This document shows positions 31,159 to 43,589 of a DNA stretch of 64,000 nt, piece after piece. The notes beneath the pieces are model-generated. The model searched no databases. It saw only the letters and a program-made list of their open reading frames with translations, and was not told where the DNA came from. Within the stretch, counting starts at the first letter, position 1, and every line of letters starts with the position of its first letter. The stretch comes from Ptychomitrium polyphyllum (taxonomy: Eukaryota). The position numbers and the translations under genes were made by a program. The DNA is taken from the NCBI GenBank assembly GCA_973851085.1, contig OZ316776.1, positions 8,432,001 through 8,496,000 of the forward strand, read 5' to 3'.

Positions 31159-31873
31159 ACTACTTCTTTGGCACTTGGCGCTACACTGCGGGGAACTCTG
31201 CCATCAAAGATCATCCACTATTGCACTTACTGGCCACCTCAGAGAATGGCTACTGTAAAATTTATTGAGCACGGATTGCTATAACTGAAGTTTGCCCACA
31301 AAAACTCCTGGAAAGTTTAACTCCTTGGGAAGATTTACATCAACAAAGCATATGGCCGACAGGTTCAAATTAGGTTTTGGAGAGCTTGAACTGCTGGTAA
31401 AGGCCAAACTAGGACGATCATCTGGATGATTAGAAAGCTTAATTTTAGGTTATGTTTGTTATACTCGAGGTGAATACCCATACTTCACTTCAAATAAAAT
31501 TACTACTGTAAGATATCGTAAACGGCTGGCATCTCTTCCATCTCGTCTTGAAATACATGTACTCAGGACATTAATAATCCATACCCAATGCTTTAATTGG
31601 AGGCATGAATATCACCAGGAGATCAATTAAGTAAGTTAATTTTATATATTACGAATTAAGTGACATGGTAAAGTTAAAATCTAACACGAAATTCTCTGCA
31701 GTTCTGACAAGTCTAATTGCTCAAATTGCTCAAATTGCATGCATGAGCCAGTAAAGTATGATTACTCCACGCCACATGAATTCAGCTATCAACTTGAGGA
31801 ACAAAAATAAGTTGTAATGGCATATTACATTGAATCAGATTATCACCTTGTAATACTCCATCTTTCTGGGTAA

Positions 31874-33860
31874 CTATTTAATATAGATAATAATTTCAGA
31901 AACCTCCCTGATTACAAAGAAAGACTCAGAAGCAAGTGTAAAGACAAGCTGCTGCCCTGCTTGGAGGGCGTTGTCTCTTACGAAATCGCCCCAACCAAGT
32001 GACAAGGGGGCCCTAGTAGAACATTCACCATCGTGCAGCACGTCATAAGAACAAGTCACATTTCGAGATAAGGATTCTTCGCGAGTTCCTTGGAGTTTAA
32101 CATGTGCGTTCAGTTGAATGCTGTGCCTCTTTACAAAGGTAAGAGGAACGTTCTGCACAAAAAATTAGTGCTTAGAATTAGGCCAACCCCTTTTGCTACT
32201 TTGCAAATTTACACTGGATATCATGAAAAGTTCAAGACAACCTATTTGCAGACGACATGAGCCTTCTCTAAAACTACATGACAAGGTTTGCAATCGTGCT
32301 TGACGAGTCAAGGTCGTTGTTTAACTTAAAATGAAAATCCTGTCGGAGCTCAATATCAAACAAGTGGTAACGTCTATGACTGGTGACTACGTCAACATTG
32401 GGAACCATAATGCACAAAAGCAACAAGAGATGAATGTGGAACTTACAAAACGAGCGCCACTTGTGTTTCCAGCAGAATCCTGTACATTGTGTTCAACGAG
32501 TTTGTGAATGAAGCTTGGGAGTATCACTCTGGCAGGCTGATGGTATTCAGTCTTGACGTCACCATTTCCGCCAACATAATTCCTCTGTGCACTTACATTT
32601 AGATTGAAAGGCATCCTGAGTCCCTGATGGTCGTCTTGGCTTTTCTGTTGGATATGGCGATTTCCAGTGAAAGGCAGACTGAGCAGCTGATGGATGAAAG
32701 GAGGTTGTTGGCTATTAAGCGGGCCACGGGGTTTTTCCATTGAACAGACTTGTATATTTTCCTACCCCAGTTAGCCATGGAAATGATCAGATTGAAACTT
32801 CTTCTTTCATGTGATCTCTTGATCTATGTATTAGCAATTAGCATCAAGGTTGTTCAAAATCTGTTTGTCAATGATCTAATTATATTTTCTTAAATGCTTA
32901 CCAATTCTGAGAGACGCAGTTTGATGGACGGATTCTGAGGATCAGTATACCGGGGGCCTGAGGCTTCGTCTTCCTCTTCAAATTTTCTCTTTTTTGTAAT
33001 TGCTTCACAGAGATCACCATCATCCTCTGAACCTTCACTTCTCTCAGTAACCAAATGCTGAAATTTATTGCAACTTACATTAAGGTTGTAGTCTCCGTTC
33101 CTTTGTGACATTTCGGAATCAGTGGACACCTCTTTTGGTGCCTGAAAAGAGGAAATTTCAATCGGCAATCCTGTTCCACGAAAGACATACACTTCAAACT
33201 GAGACAACCCTCTCAATTCAAAAATCAGTGAATCACCCACCACGAGCCCATTGCACGTGGCGAAATCTCTCCATCCTTTACCAAATTTGATCGCAGGTGC
33301 TTTGGAGGTCGTATTGTAAATCCGAAGGCGGACTCTACAAGGTATAGAGGACGATGTAGATCGAAGGACAATCACCTCTTGAAGCTTGTCACCGTGTTCT
33401 TGTACAAACCAAGCAGGCATCATCTAGAGAAATCGAAGGTTAAAGTCTGATTCAGCAGGCTGCTCGAAATCGAAAGTGAAGCAATCGTGCAGCAAAAAAG
33501 CTTTATGTTATAAGCAGTTCAATCAGTGATACCGCATTTGAAATCCAATTTTTTTATTATTAACTGCAAAGACGTTTACTCTTGAAATCGTTTGCTGATC
33601 ACTGAGAAAGCTATCTCCCAACGGATCATCAAAAAGGAATTCCAGAACCCAGACAACATGATATTAACGTGAGTTTGGCGGAACAATTCGCCGTCTGCAT
33701 TTAGGAAACCTACCAGCCGACATGTTTCACTGATTGTGTTCTCTGGAACTTGGGACTTTCCCAGTCTGTCGATCACAAAGTGAATGGTCCCCTGCAACTC
33801 TTGCAGCACTCTAGCCATCTCCGCATCCCTGACAGTCGATTCATAGCGGAACTCTGCCAT
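31874..33860 (-). CDS. Double-B3 domain (REM/VRN1-like) transcription factor; 4 exons
   Basis: Exons 33860-33714, 33423-32902, 32761-32447 and 32152-31874, all introns phase 0. B3 motifs KFGKGWRDFATCNGLVVGDSLIFEL and LGWGDFVRDNALQAGQQLVFTL. Basic NLS-like KKRK in the linker. Confidence 0.88.
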
Positions 33861-36800
33861 CGCTGAGACAATCAAAGCAGGTAAATGATTGATTTCCTTT
33901 CACAACCTTTGTCTAGTAAACTATTTCTTCTGAACCATATTTGATGCGTTTGAAAATTAAATTTTCTTCGTCGAAATCAAGGACTGTACAAAGTGCTCAA
34001 AATCAACAAAGAGTCTAGCTTTGGCGTTGTAAAACAGCACCCGTATTTCATATTTCTCCTACACAAGATACAGGAGAAGTGCTTTAATCTAAGTGCACAT
34101 GATCCTCAATCGTTCCGAAAACAGTGCACTGTGTGAGATTTGTGATTGCCCTAAAGATTGAGCTTGAAAACTTCAAATCGATTCTAATCCCTCCAGAGCA
34201 TGCCAAATACAATAGTTTAGATGGATTTTTTGTTTGTAATTTAGGAAAGCATGAAATCAAACTGTCTGAAATGCAGCATCAGATCTAAAAACCATAACTT
34301 TTCCCCTGCAGTTCATCTATGTTGACAACGAGCAGTTCTACTTCAACGTCAGCAATTTAGCGTTCTAAAACTGCATTTGAATCATCCACTAAATTAACCT
34401 CCACTGACTTCACATATTAGCTCTTTCAACAATTCGGAATATTGCTACTCTTTGCATCAAGACGTAATACCGAGGAGCAAAGCTCAGGTTAAACGCATCG
34501 TAATTTGTGGATCTCTTTCTAAACTTGTATTCATAAACTCATTCTAAAGCTTGGGATCAACCACAGCAACAATATGTAAACACAGACTACCTGAACCTAG
34601 ATCAGCTCTCTAGAATTGCTGGATATATCGGGATTGGCTGGAGAGTCACACAACTGAGTGATTAATGTTAATGTGAAAGCCGTCTTGGAAGCTTTATTTT
34701 GACAGAGTACATTGAGATCCAGAGGCTCAATTCACACTCAAGTTAGGGTAGCTGTAAATGCAAATGTAGACCTTGACGTAGATCGGTGGAATTTAGAAGT
34801 TGGGCACATTGATATGCCATCATTGAGAAAATCTTAGGACAGTACTTTGACTGATTGTGTGCTCTGAAATGAACACATAGAATTTGGAATTATTAGGCAG
34901 AGCCTCACAGTAGACAGGTTCAAAGACAAGGGGTTCTGAAATAGCTAAATTCCACTTGTTTCTAGTTGAAGAAAGTTGATAGTAGAATACTTCTGTGTGT
35001 TTTCGTATGAAGTTTAGACCAGCATGGAATGGTTTGAAGAGTTTTGCTAGCAATGCTCTAATAGTACGCAATCGCGAGAAAATGCTTCTGAAGTCAGCTT
35101 CCTGTAATCTTCTTAGTACCAACAGCAGCACTCCAAGGATTACAATTCACATATTCTCGAAGCCGTCGGGAAGTGTCTTGCCAGTGTATAATTGTACAAT
35201 GTGGTTCTTCTGTGGAAGTTTAACACAGCGTTATTCGAGTTAAGTGGGAACTAGTCTAGACTTGCCGAACTGGACTATAAGAGACCTATAAGAGACATAT
35301 GTGCACTGAAGTAGCACATGACAAAATGTCCTATGCCCAGGTTCGTTGCTAGAATCATCACCAGCCACGATATTTACTTGCAACTGTGCCATGGTCTTAA
35401 TTGGAATTAACGGACATTGAAATCTCCAAAACCCTACTTTTTGTCTTCAGTGACTATTTGCCACGAATGTATCTCATGGACACATGAAACACTTAGTTCA
35501 GATAAACTGGAGCTGTTTGGTCAATAGTTCTTCAAATTAAAAAATCTTTGTACTGTAAAACCAAGGCAGGGAAGGTTGTGACTGGCCTAGCAACTACCCA
35601 AACTGGTGTAAACACCCATAAGACTGGTTGCACGACTAACTTTGAATCCCCTATTACAAGCGTAGAATAAAAATGTATCCGGATGTGACCTTCGGAATAT
35701 AGTAAACCTGATGGCAGCTAGAACAGAACTCACCATTCTATTGTTGCTCCCCGTTTTCCTCACAATCAGTTTGATGCGGGCAACCAATTGCATCGAGGCG
35801 TTTCGACATACATTCTTCCTCATTTCGCTGCACCATCTGGGAAATGAGGACGTCAAAAATCATATGCATTACGTTTCATACCTTCTTGACAAGAGAATTA
35901 ATGACAGCTGCGCAAATCTGAAACATAACCTGTCACTGAGAATTCTTTATTTCTAATCGTTTCAGGATCCCTGTATTCTACACCTGAAGGGGGTGAAATC
36001 AACAGTGTTACTCACTGGTTCGAAGAAATTCAAGTCCATGTGGGAGGTCACATGGGAAGAATCAGGTATCCCATGACCAAGAATCTGCTGCATGATTAAC
36101 TACAGCAGTATCCTCTTTTACAGAAAGTATATTTAATGCAACTTCTGACTTGATCTTAGTCCTTCTGATACCGTAGTCATGTCGCACCTTTGTTAAGGTC
36201 CATTAGGTTGTTAGCTTAGTTTGCTTTGTGACGATGCAGAATCCTGTGACCTCTGTGTCAGCAACGCATATAGAGCAGCTTGTATCCATCCGAATGTACT
36301 CCACAGCTGCGAGTATGTAGAGTCCAAACATGGACATCGCCACGAGTACGGATGTCACATTATTATTATTATTTTCAAAAGCAGTTAGAAAATATTATAA
36401 GGAAATACCAAGTAAAATAGTTGGATCAGATTCCACATTTTTGGTCGACCAGTCTACATTGAGTTCATGAATATGGATTAACACCACATAAATAAACTTT
36501 ATCACTTAATGATGGAAGATCTGTATATCTTTGAGCATCGATCTCCTTTGACGAGATCGTTGGCAACAGCGAAAGCCTTCCAGCCACTATGAAAGAAATA
36601 CAGCCTGTAATCGAGGCTCATAAACAACGCAGACACGCACGATATGGTCCACCTTTTTCTGTCTGCGACACTTTGGAGTGTAATAGATTTCTAAATTTTA
36701 CCGCGGTGGCACCGCACGAACTTTATGGGCAAATTCTGAGAAATTATGCAAACAACTCGGAGAAGACAAGAATCCTATTACTGAATAAAACCTGTTGTCA

Positions 36801-37749
36801 CGACCCTACGTATTCCATGCTCCATGAATATCCACCATTACTAACATTATCATATGATGTAATTGAAAGTATTTAAAAAAAAATTACAGGATAGTTCCTA
36901 TGTCTTTTCATAATCCATTTTCCGCTCAAAAAGAGATAGTTAATACTTGGATCGCTGTATATGTCCTTACTTAAGCACCCGGTACTAGAGAGTTGAGAGT
37001 CGTACACTTCAACTCACCAATTTACATTGTTTTTGACCATATTTTTCCTTTTCAAACTCAATAATAATGATCTAATAAAAATGAATTTATGAAAGTATGA
37101 AAACAAGTAATATCCACAACGCTGATTACAAACACAACGTTGAATTATGAACAATGTTTCTAAATCAAAAAATCTTTTGTCACAATGTAAGATTTAAACA
37201 TAATACAGGTGGTTTATATTGTGATTATTGGAATTCAAACTTCAATCTTCTAGTGAATATTGAAGTTAGTATATATTTACTTACTTGTATATCTATTCAT
37301 ATAGAACTGTAGTTTATTTGGGATTTAACGTTGGATCATACTTAATCCAAGAAATATAAATCTCTTAGGATGAAGGTTTGTTAACATATTAAAGAAGATC
37401 CTAGTTAGTTCGAAACTGTCATAGTGACATGTGAAAGACGTAAAAGAGGGTTTCCAGATAAATCTGCAGAAAAGTAGAAATCACACACAAGGATAGTCAC
37501 TGAACCGTCATTGAACCTTCCCCTGGAGGTGCTGGGTAATAGCCTGCGACATCGACGACCGCATGAGGCCCAATGTGCACAGGCGTCAGCATCGACGGTT
37601 GCGATGTGTCAGGTGGATGAAGAGGCGGCGAACTAGTCTAGGGTGGTTGCTGACGGCGAGATGGTTCGACTCGCGCGTCAGGCTTCTGGTGATGGAGGCA
37701 CACTACGTCCTAGAAGGGGGCCCATGGTGGTTCTTAGTTCTGCGACAAG

Positions 37750-38200
37750 TCAGTGGCGCGAGCTGCAGCTGAACCGCATGATTCGGATATTCAGTATGGT
37801 GCTGCTGCAAGTGAACTGCAGCACTGGAATACACAATGGTTTCATGATAGGATATGTGACTTTGGATGATGCTGTGAAACCAGGAGCTGAAGTCTGTGAT
37901 TCGACTTTATATGAATGGAGTACGCTGTCGACGAGGCTCTTGCTGATCCGCGGGTATCTGTTATACGGGACACATACGGTGGGGACAGTCCTTCGCCGTG
38001 AGGTGATGCTGAGACGGAAAACGATCAACACAAGATTCATTTGAACAATCTGTGCAATATCGAAAGATGAACTGAATTGGGTACGAAGGTTGCACAGTTC
38101 GCTGCGTGCAAGTATTAAGATGGAAACTGGCGGATTGGACCTGACGGCTCTCATTGAGGTTGCCAGCCCTCTTGCAGTGTATGAATGTCAAGTGTAACTA
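37750..38200 (+). pseudogene. Possible degenerate PLS-class PPR gene relic
   Basis: One frame (37643-38404) is interrupted by only two stops. It reads TLDDAVK...LYEWSTL..LLIRGYLLYG...RFI*TICAISKDELNWVRRLHSSLR...LDLTALIEV, loosely like S-P-L PPR motifs. Judged by eye only. Confidence 0.3.
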
Positions 38201-40140
38201 TTGGGAAAACCTCTCTTTTCGTCTCCAGAACTTTCATCGTGTTTTATGGACATGACCCCGAAAGGCCCGATACGGGTTCTAAGTGATGATATACGACATG
38301 AACAAGAGCGAGTAGCACTCCCAGACAATCCAGTGTATATGCTCCTAACTGAGAATTGTAAGAAACCTATTAGCTGTGAGCTGCGGTGGGATACACATCC
38401 CTGATTTGGGAGTTTTTGCATTTTTTAAATTAGTATCATTCTTGCCTTGTGTTGTTCGAAATCTAATCCTCAAGCCCTAGGATGCAGTGTTTCCATGGTT
38501 ACGGAGGTTTTGGGGTTTGAACGGGAAGGTTGAAGAGGGAATCTGACGAACAGCAACCATGGACGTCCATAAGTTTACAAGTTTTAGTAGGCAGTTTGAA
38601 GGTCGTGGATTTTTGCCAAGTCTTTTGTTCAAAAGAATTTTTTTTGGTTCGAAGACGCTAAATTGTAACTCATTCTAATTCAATCTTATCCTCTGTTCAG
38701 ATGTGTGCTGCTGCAATGTGAGAGAAGTGCGCAAGAGGTCACGAGTCATGATGTCTTCTCTTGAGGCTGGTCATGTCATGAAAAGACCTTCCTTCGCGGA
38801 TTCTATTCCTTGTTCATGTCCAAACTTGATATGCTCATTTATTTCCAGGACTTCACCTTCATAAGAGAAGTGCGCTACGTGGTAGTGGGTATACACTTGT
38901 GCGGGACAGTGCATAGACTTTGTGGCCATGTCTTAACGAAATTGATACTAAGATTCACAACTTGCTGCAAATGATGCAAAAGCCGGTGATTTGATTTGAA
39001 GTGAAGAAAAACATTTCATTGATCTTTTCCATGCATCATACGCCACGGTCCTGAGCGTCAGAGTTTGTTGAGAAGCGTCAAAGCTTGACTTTTGAGCTTC
39101 ATCGACTAGTATAATTGGTTCAATTGAATCCTCACTATCAATTTTCCCTGCCTAGTTTTTTCACATAACTTCTAGGGCTCGTCCATAGCCACAAGTATCC
39201 ATATTTAAATTTTCACACATTCTAAGTTTCTGAAATTAGCAGCTCTGAAGCTACGTGGGTAGTAACTTGAGTATTATACACTGCACTCACTATTAATGCT
39301 TCACTGCAAAACTGTCAAGCATAATGCCTACAACTAATTATCCAATGCTTGCTTATTCTGAAAGCTTCGAGTCCCTAGACGATTCTGTTTTTGTAGCATC
39401 CCAGCGGAGATCAGAATCACAAGTATATACCACTTCAAACACATTTCCTTGCGTTTAGATGGAAAGCTGCGGGACACCATTTTTTATATGCAACTTCATC
39501 TGCGGGACAACAAATTATGAGGTCCGAGGAAGATGCCAGAGCTCCCAGTTCCGAAGTACAATGGAAATGGATGCTTCAGGTCATCCACCTTGTTGATCAT
39601 AGATGGCCCAGGGAAGTGAAAATCGATGCTTCGACCTGGCTATTTGAAGGTAAGGGGTCCTCAGGAAGCTTACTCTTGCCATAAGGGATCCTGCAAGGCC
39701 GACCTTCAAGCGAACTTCAACTGGACTTGCAAAGCAAAGAAATTTCATTCTCGTAAACTCTTGGTGATTTCAAGCTTCCTGATACTCTCTGAAAGTTCAG
39801 TTCCTTTGGTAATCATACGTCTATCCTCACACATAGTACCCTGGCACTAGAACAATCACACTTACTGTGGTAAGAAAACCTAGAAAGAGCAGCTCCTCTT
39901 AACTGTTCTTAGACAAGCCTGTTCCTTGCCTTTACCTATGATTAATGGCCAGCATCTCTCCAAAGTCATTTCATGTTTCTACATAAACTATACAGAAACG
40001 CTTTTCTATTGATTATTCAGCTGCAGCCACTAGGGGCATTGAAACCGAAAGAAATAACTACAAAATTTCTGGGCCTGAAAATAAATGTGTACTTGCATGT
40101 CTAATTCTTGGCCTTAGAACACCCACTTCGACATTATTCA

Positions 40141-40251
40141 GAATGATTACATCATAACTTGCACTATATCCATCTTGACAGCTTCGAAATTTTGCCGATC
40201 TACGTCCAGGTACTGCATTTATTTCCATGTTGGGTTCTTTAAAACCCTAAG
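40141..40251 (+). promoter_or_regulatory. Conserved upstream non-coding block shared by the B3 paralogs, ending in a telo-box (AAACCCTAA)
   Basis: Aligns with 43258-43368 (+) and, reverse-complemented, with ~34742-34815 (ccgatctacgtc.aggt...gcattta...accctaa). Confidence 0.65.
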
Positions 40252-40485
40252 TCATCTGCATCGAGTACTTCGTCTCTTGCGTTACATAAAACCAAGTTCC
40301 TTAAAAGCATCACTCCAGCAATAAACTGTGTCTTTCTGGTCCTCCTATCAGTTTTCTTCTATGCAGCAGTATTTGAAATGACCAATTAGGATTCGAAAAT
40401 CTGTGTAGGTATATTTATACAGTAGACTCTTTCGCACTAACTATTGGTGAGGGTTGCGAAGTCGATCACCTTACTCCATTTTTTC

Positions 40486-42372
40486 ATGGCAGAAGTTCGG
40501 ACCATGTCAACTGCAGAGGCGGCTTCGAATGCGGCTGACATGACTAAAGTACTTCAAGATTTGCAGGGGATTGCTCATTTTGTGATCAAGAAACTCAGAC
40601 CGTCACATGTGCCTAGCAATAGAAAGAAGAATTGTACTCTGGTTTGTTACAGCAGTCTGCGAATTGCTGCGAATGTTTTGTGCCAAGCTCTGTTTTGATT
40701 CTTCCTTGTTGATTATATATTGATTCTGTAGTTTCCTAAGAATCCAATTTAGAATATGTTTAATGCGTGCTAAAACTTTGTTGCAGCCACGAAATGATCC
40801 GCCTACTCGTTTATGTGATATCACCAGCTTGTTCCGTTTAACCTCTGTAAGCGCTTTACGATGTACACGTTGGTCTTGTACAGATGATGCCTGTGCGGTT
40901 TGTGAAAGAGTATGGTGATAAGATTCGCGAATCTGTTATCCTTCGATCCAGAATCTCCAGAGAGCCATGGAGGGTACAGATTACCATTTGTAGGCTCGGG
41001 ATTCACCCTTCCCGTGCGAATAAGCCTCCGCGTCCACCAGAGATCAAGTTTGGGAAGGGATGGAAAGCTTTCGCTACTCGCAATGAGCTCTCAGTTGGCG
41101 ACTCCTTAATCTTCGAGCTTAAAGGAGTGTCTGAGTTTGAAGTTCATGTCTTCGGAAAAACTTTGGGGAATCCAACCTCAGCATCCTCTTCTCACGCACC
41201 AGAAAAGAGGTCCATCGATACCGAACTTTCACAAAAGATTGAAAAGAATGATTCTGGCGCAGGTTGCAGCAGCCCGGAGCATGTGATCTTGGAAAGAAGC
41301 GAAGGTTCAGTGGATGATCTGTCTAATTGGGTTGCAAAGAAGAGGAAAGTCGGAGATGAAGTCGACCTCTCTGCCTCCCTGCAAAACTCACTAGGCAGGA
41401 ACCCACATCCTCTGGAATTGGTAAGCATTTAAAACCATCATCATGGTAGTTGTTCCTTCATAGCTACGTCAATTCGAAGTAGAGCATTGTATATCTTGTT
41501 CACTCGGCACTAACAGATCAATATGAGCTTGCATATGCGGAAATCTAAGAATATGATACGAGATTCTCTACCTAACCATCTCCATCTTTTGGAGCAGGAT
41601 AATGTGCAAGCGACTTCGTTAGAGATCAGCCATGCCTCACAGAGCAGTCAAGAACCTCCACCTGGAAATGAAAGCGAACTGAATGCCGGTTCTAGAATCG
41701 TTCACGTCAAGACAAAATTGGCACAATCCGAAGGATCACTGCCAACCTTCATTCAGCGATTGATAGACTATAACTATCACGACTCTGCTGGAAACACTTG
41801 TGGAGCTCGATTGGTAAGCGCCATTGATTCAACTGCATGTCATTGTGCAGGCCTTTGTGCCTTATGTTCCCTTGATAAACTCAACATGTTTAATGAGCTT
41901 GAGAAGATGACAGTAGTAACGAGATTGATCTGCGAACTTGTTTACATGACAGTATACATGTTTCAAATTCTGGAGAAAAAGTGAATGTCCTCAAATTTCT
42001 GGAAAAAGGACGCTCTGTGATTCTAACCAGTTTCAGCTACACTGATATGCTATTTAGTAGAAGAAGCACAAGGTTAAGGTTAAATTACATTTCTCTTTAC
42101 AGGAGGTACCTTTCAGCTTTATGGAGATGCATGGTATACAACTTCGGCATCATGTCAAGCTTCAAGGGATTCGTGAAGACTCTCCCATTCATACTGTGAC
42201 TTGCTCTGAAAACGTGCTGAAGGATGGTGAAGATTCAACTAGGCTCACCTTGTGGCTTGGCTGGGGGGACTTTGTGAGGGAAAATGCACTTCGGGCAGGA
42301 CAAGAGATTATCTTCACCCTTGCTTCAGAGTCCTTCTTTGTCGTCAGAGAAGTTTCTAAGATTGTTGTCTGA
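40486..42372 (+). CDS. Double-B3 domain (REM/VRN1-like) transcription factor; 4 exons
   Basis: Exons 40486-40641, 40884-41420, 41598-41813, 42103-42372. Motifs KFGKGWKAFATRNELSVGDSLIFEL and LGWGDFVRENALRAGQEIIFTL; KKRK in the linker. Confidence 0.88.
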
Positions 42373-43589
42373 TATACTTAATAGTCATCTAGTTTGGAAA
42401 TTTATTTGTGGTTGTGATCAATGAGCTTGTTCAAAGTAGCTCGCGAATTTAGGACGACGAAAGGCTTCGTTAAGATTGATATAGGATGAAAGTAGGAAGG
42501 AATACCATTAGAGCTATCTGAATGATCAGAATTTTCAGACATGACACCTAACCTAGCGTTTTCTTCGCATTCACAAACAAAACTCCTTTCTATGCTTCAC
42601 ATTCTGAAAACTATGAGCTTCTGGAACTCTCTAGACTTCTCACACATTTCCTAACAACACCGAACTGGTTTGATTTCATGGCTGTTATTGCAAAAGAATA
42701 GCTCCTAGAGTGGAGTCCTCATCCGAGATCAGCTAAATTGAGAGCCAGGACGCTCTCAGTTTCCTGAAGGGTTTGGTAGTGTTCATTGAAGTAGCCCTTT
42801 ATCTTCTACTAGGAGGCTCATGAGGCACAATTCGACATCCGAAGATCAGGTTGTTGAGAGGCAGGTTAGCCCTCAAGATATGCCTAAATCATATCCCTGC
42901 CTGAATGAACTCTGACGTGCACAGAGATACTATATCTCTTTCCACAACATCCCGCCAAACAGTATGGTGCGTAAGAATTATCCTTCAGTAAAATCAATAC
43001 AATTCAGATCCAAGGTGGTATCAATCTCTCATCAAGGATAGCAATCATAAACACAGTAAATGTGAGAAGCATGTTTCTGATCAAAGCTCAGGAATCCAAC
43101 AGTATAGATGTACTGTACAGCAATCCAACCATCTTCTTGAATAGGTTTCCCAGTAAATTAGCGCTGAGAAAAATATCCCAGTTTTCCAGTGTCAATCTAT
43201 CGTAAGTTCCACGTTTCATCTCTTTAGAAAAAGAAACTTCGACTAATGTTCGCAATCATGATGACGTCACATAAATTTGCACAGCTTTGATATGTACAGC
43301 TTCGATACTTAGTCAATCTACTTCAAGATACTGCATTTATGGCCATGTGTAGTTCTGAGAACCCTAAGAGCACTGTGCTGATGATATCAGTACTCGAGGT
43401 CAAATATTTGCAAATGATATGGATTCACTTCCTAGATCAGATCTTCACTCCAAACAATCGCCATATATCTGGCAGTATTCTGGTAGAGACGCAACTGGCG
43501 TTTAGAAATTTGTGCACTTGTTACGTTGCAGTAGCTTCTTGCTGTCTGGTGCGTGCGAAAGTCTCTTAGCTTTCTCGGTTTTCTCAGCA

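Noticed and set aside
34820..36300. Short minus-strand ORFs and splice-like sites in the B3 spacer
   Set aside because: Could not be assembled into a coherent frame or matched to a family
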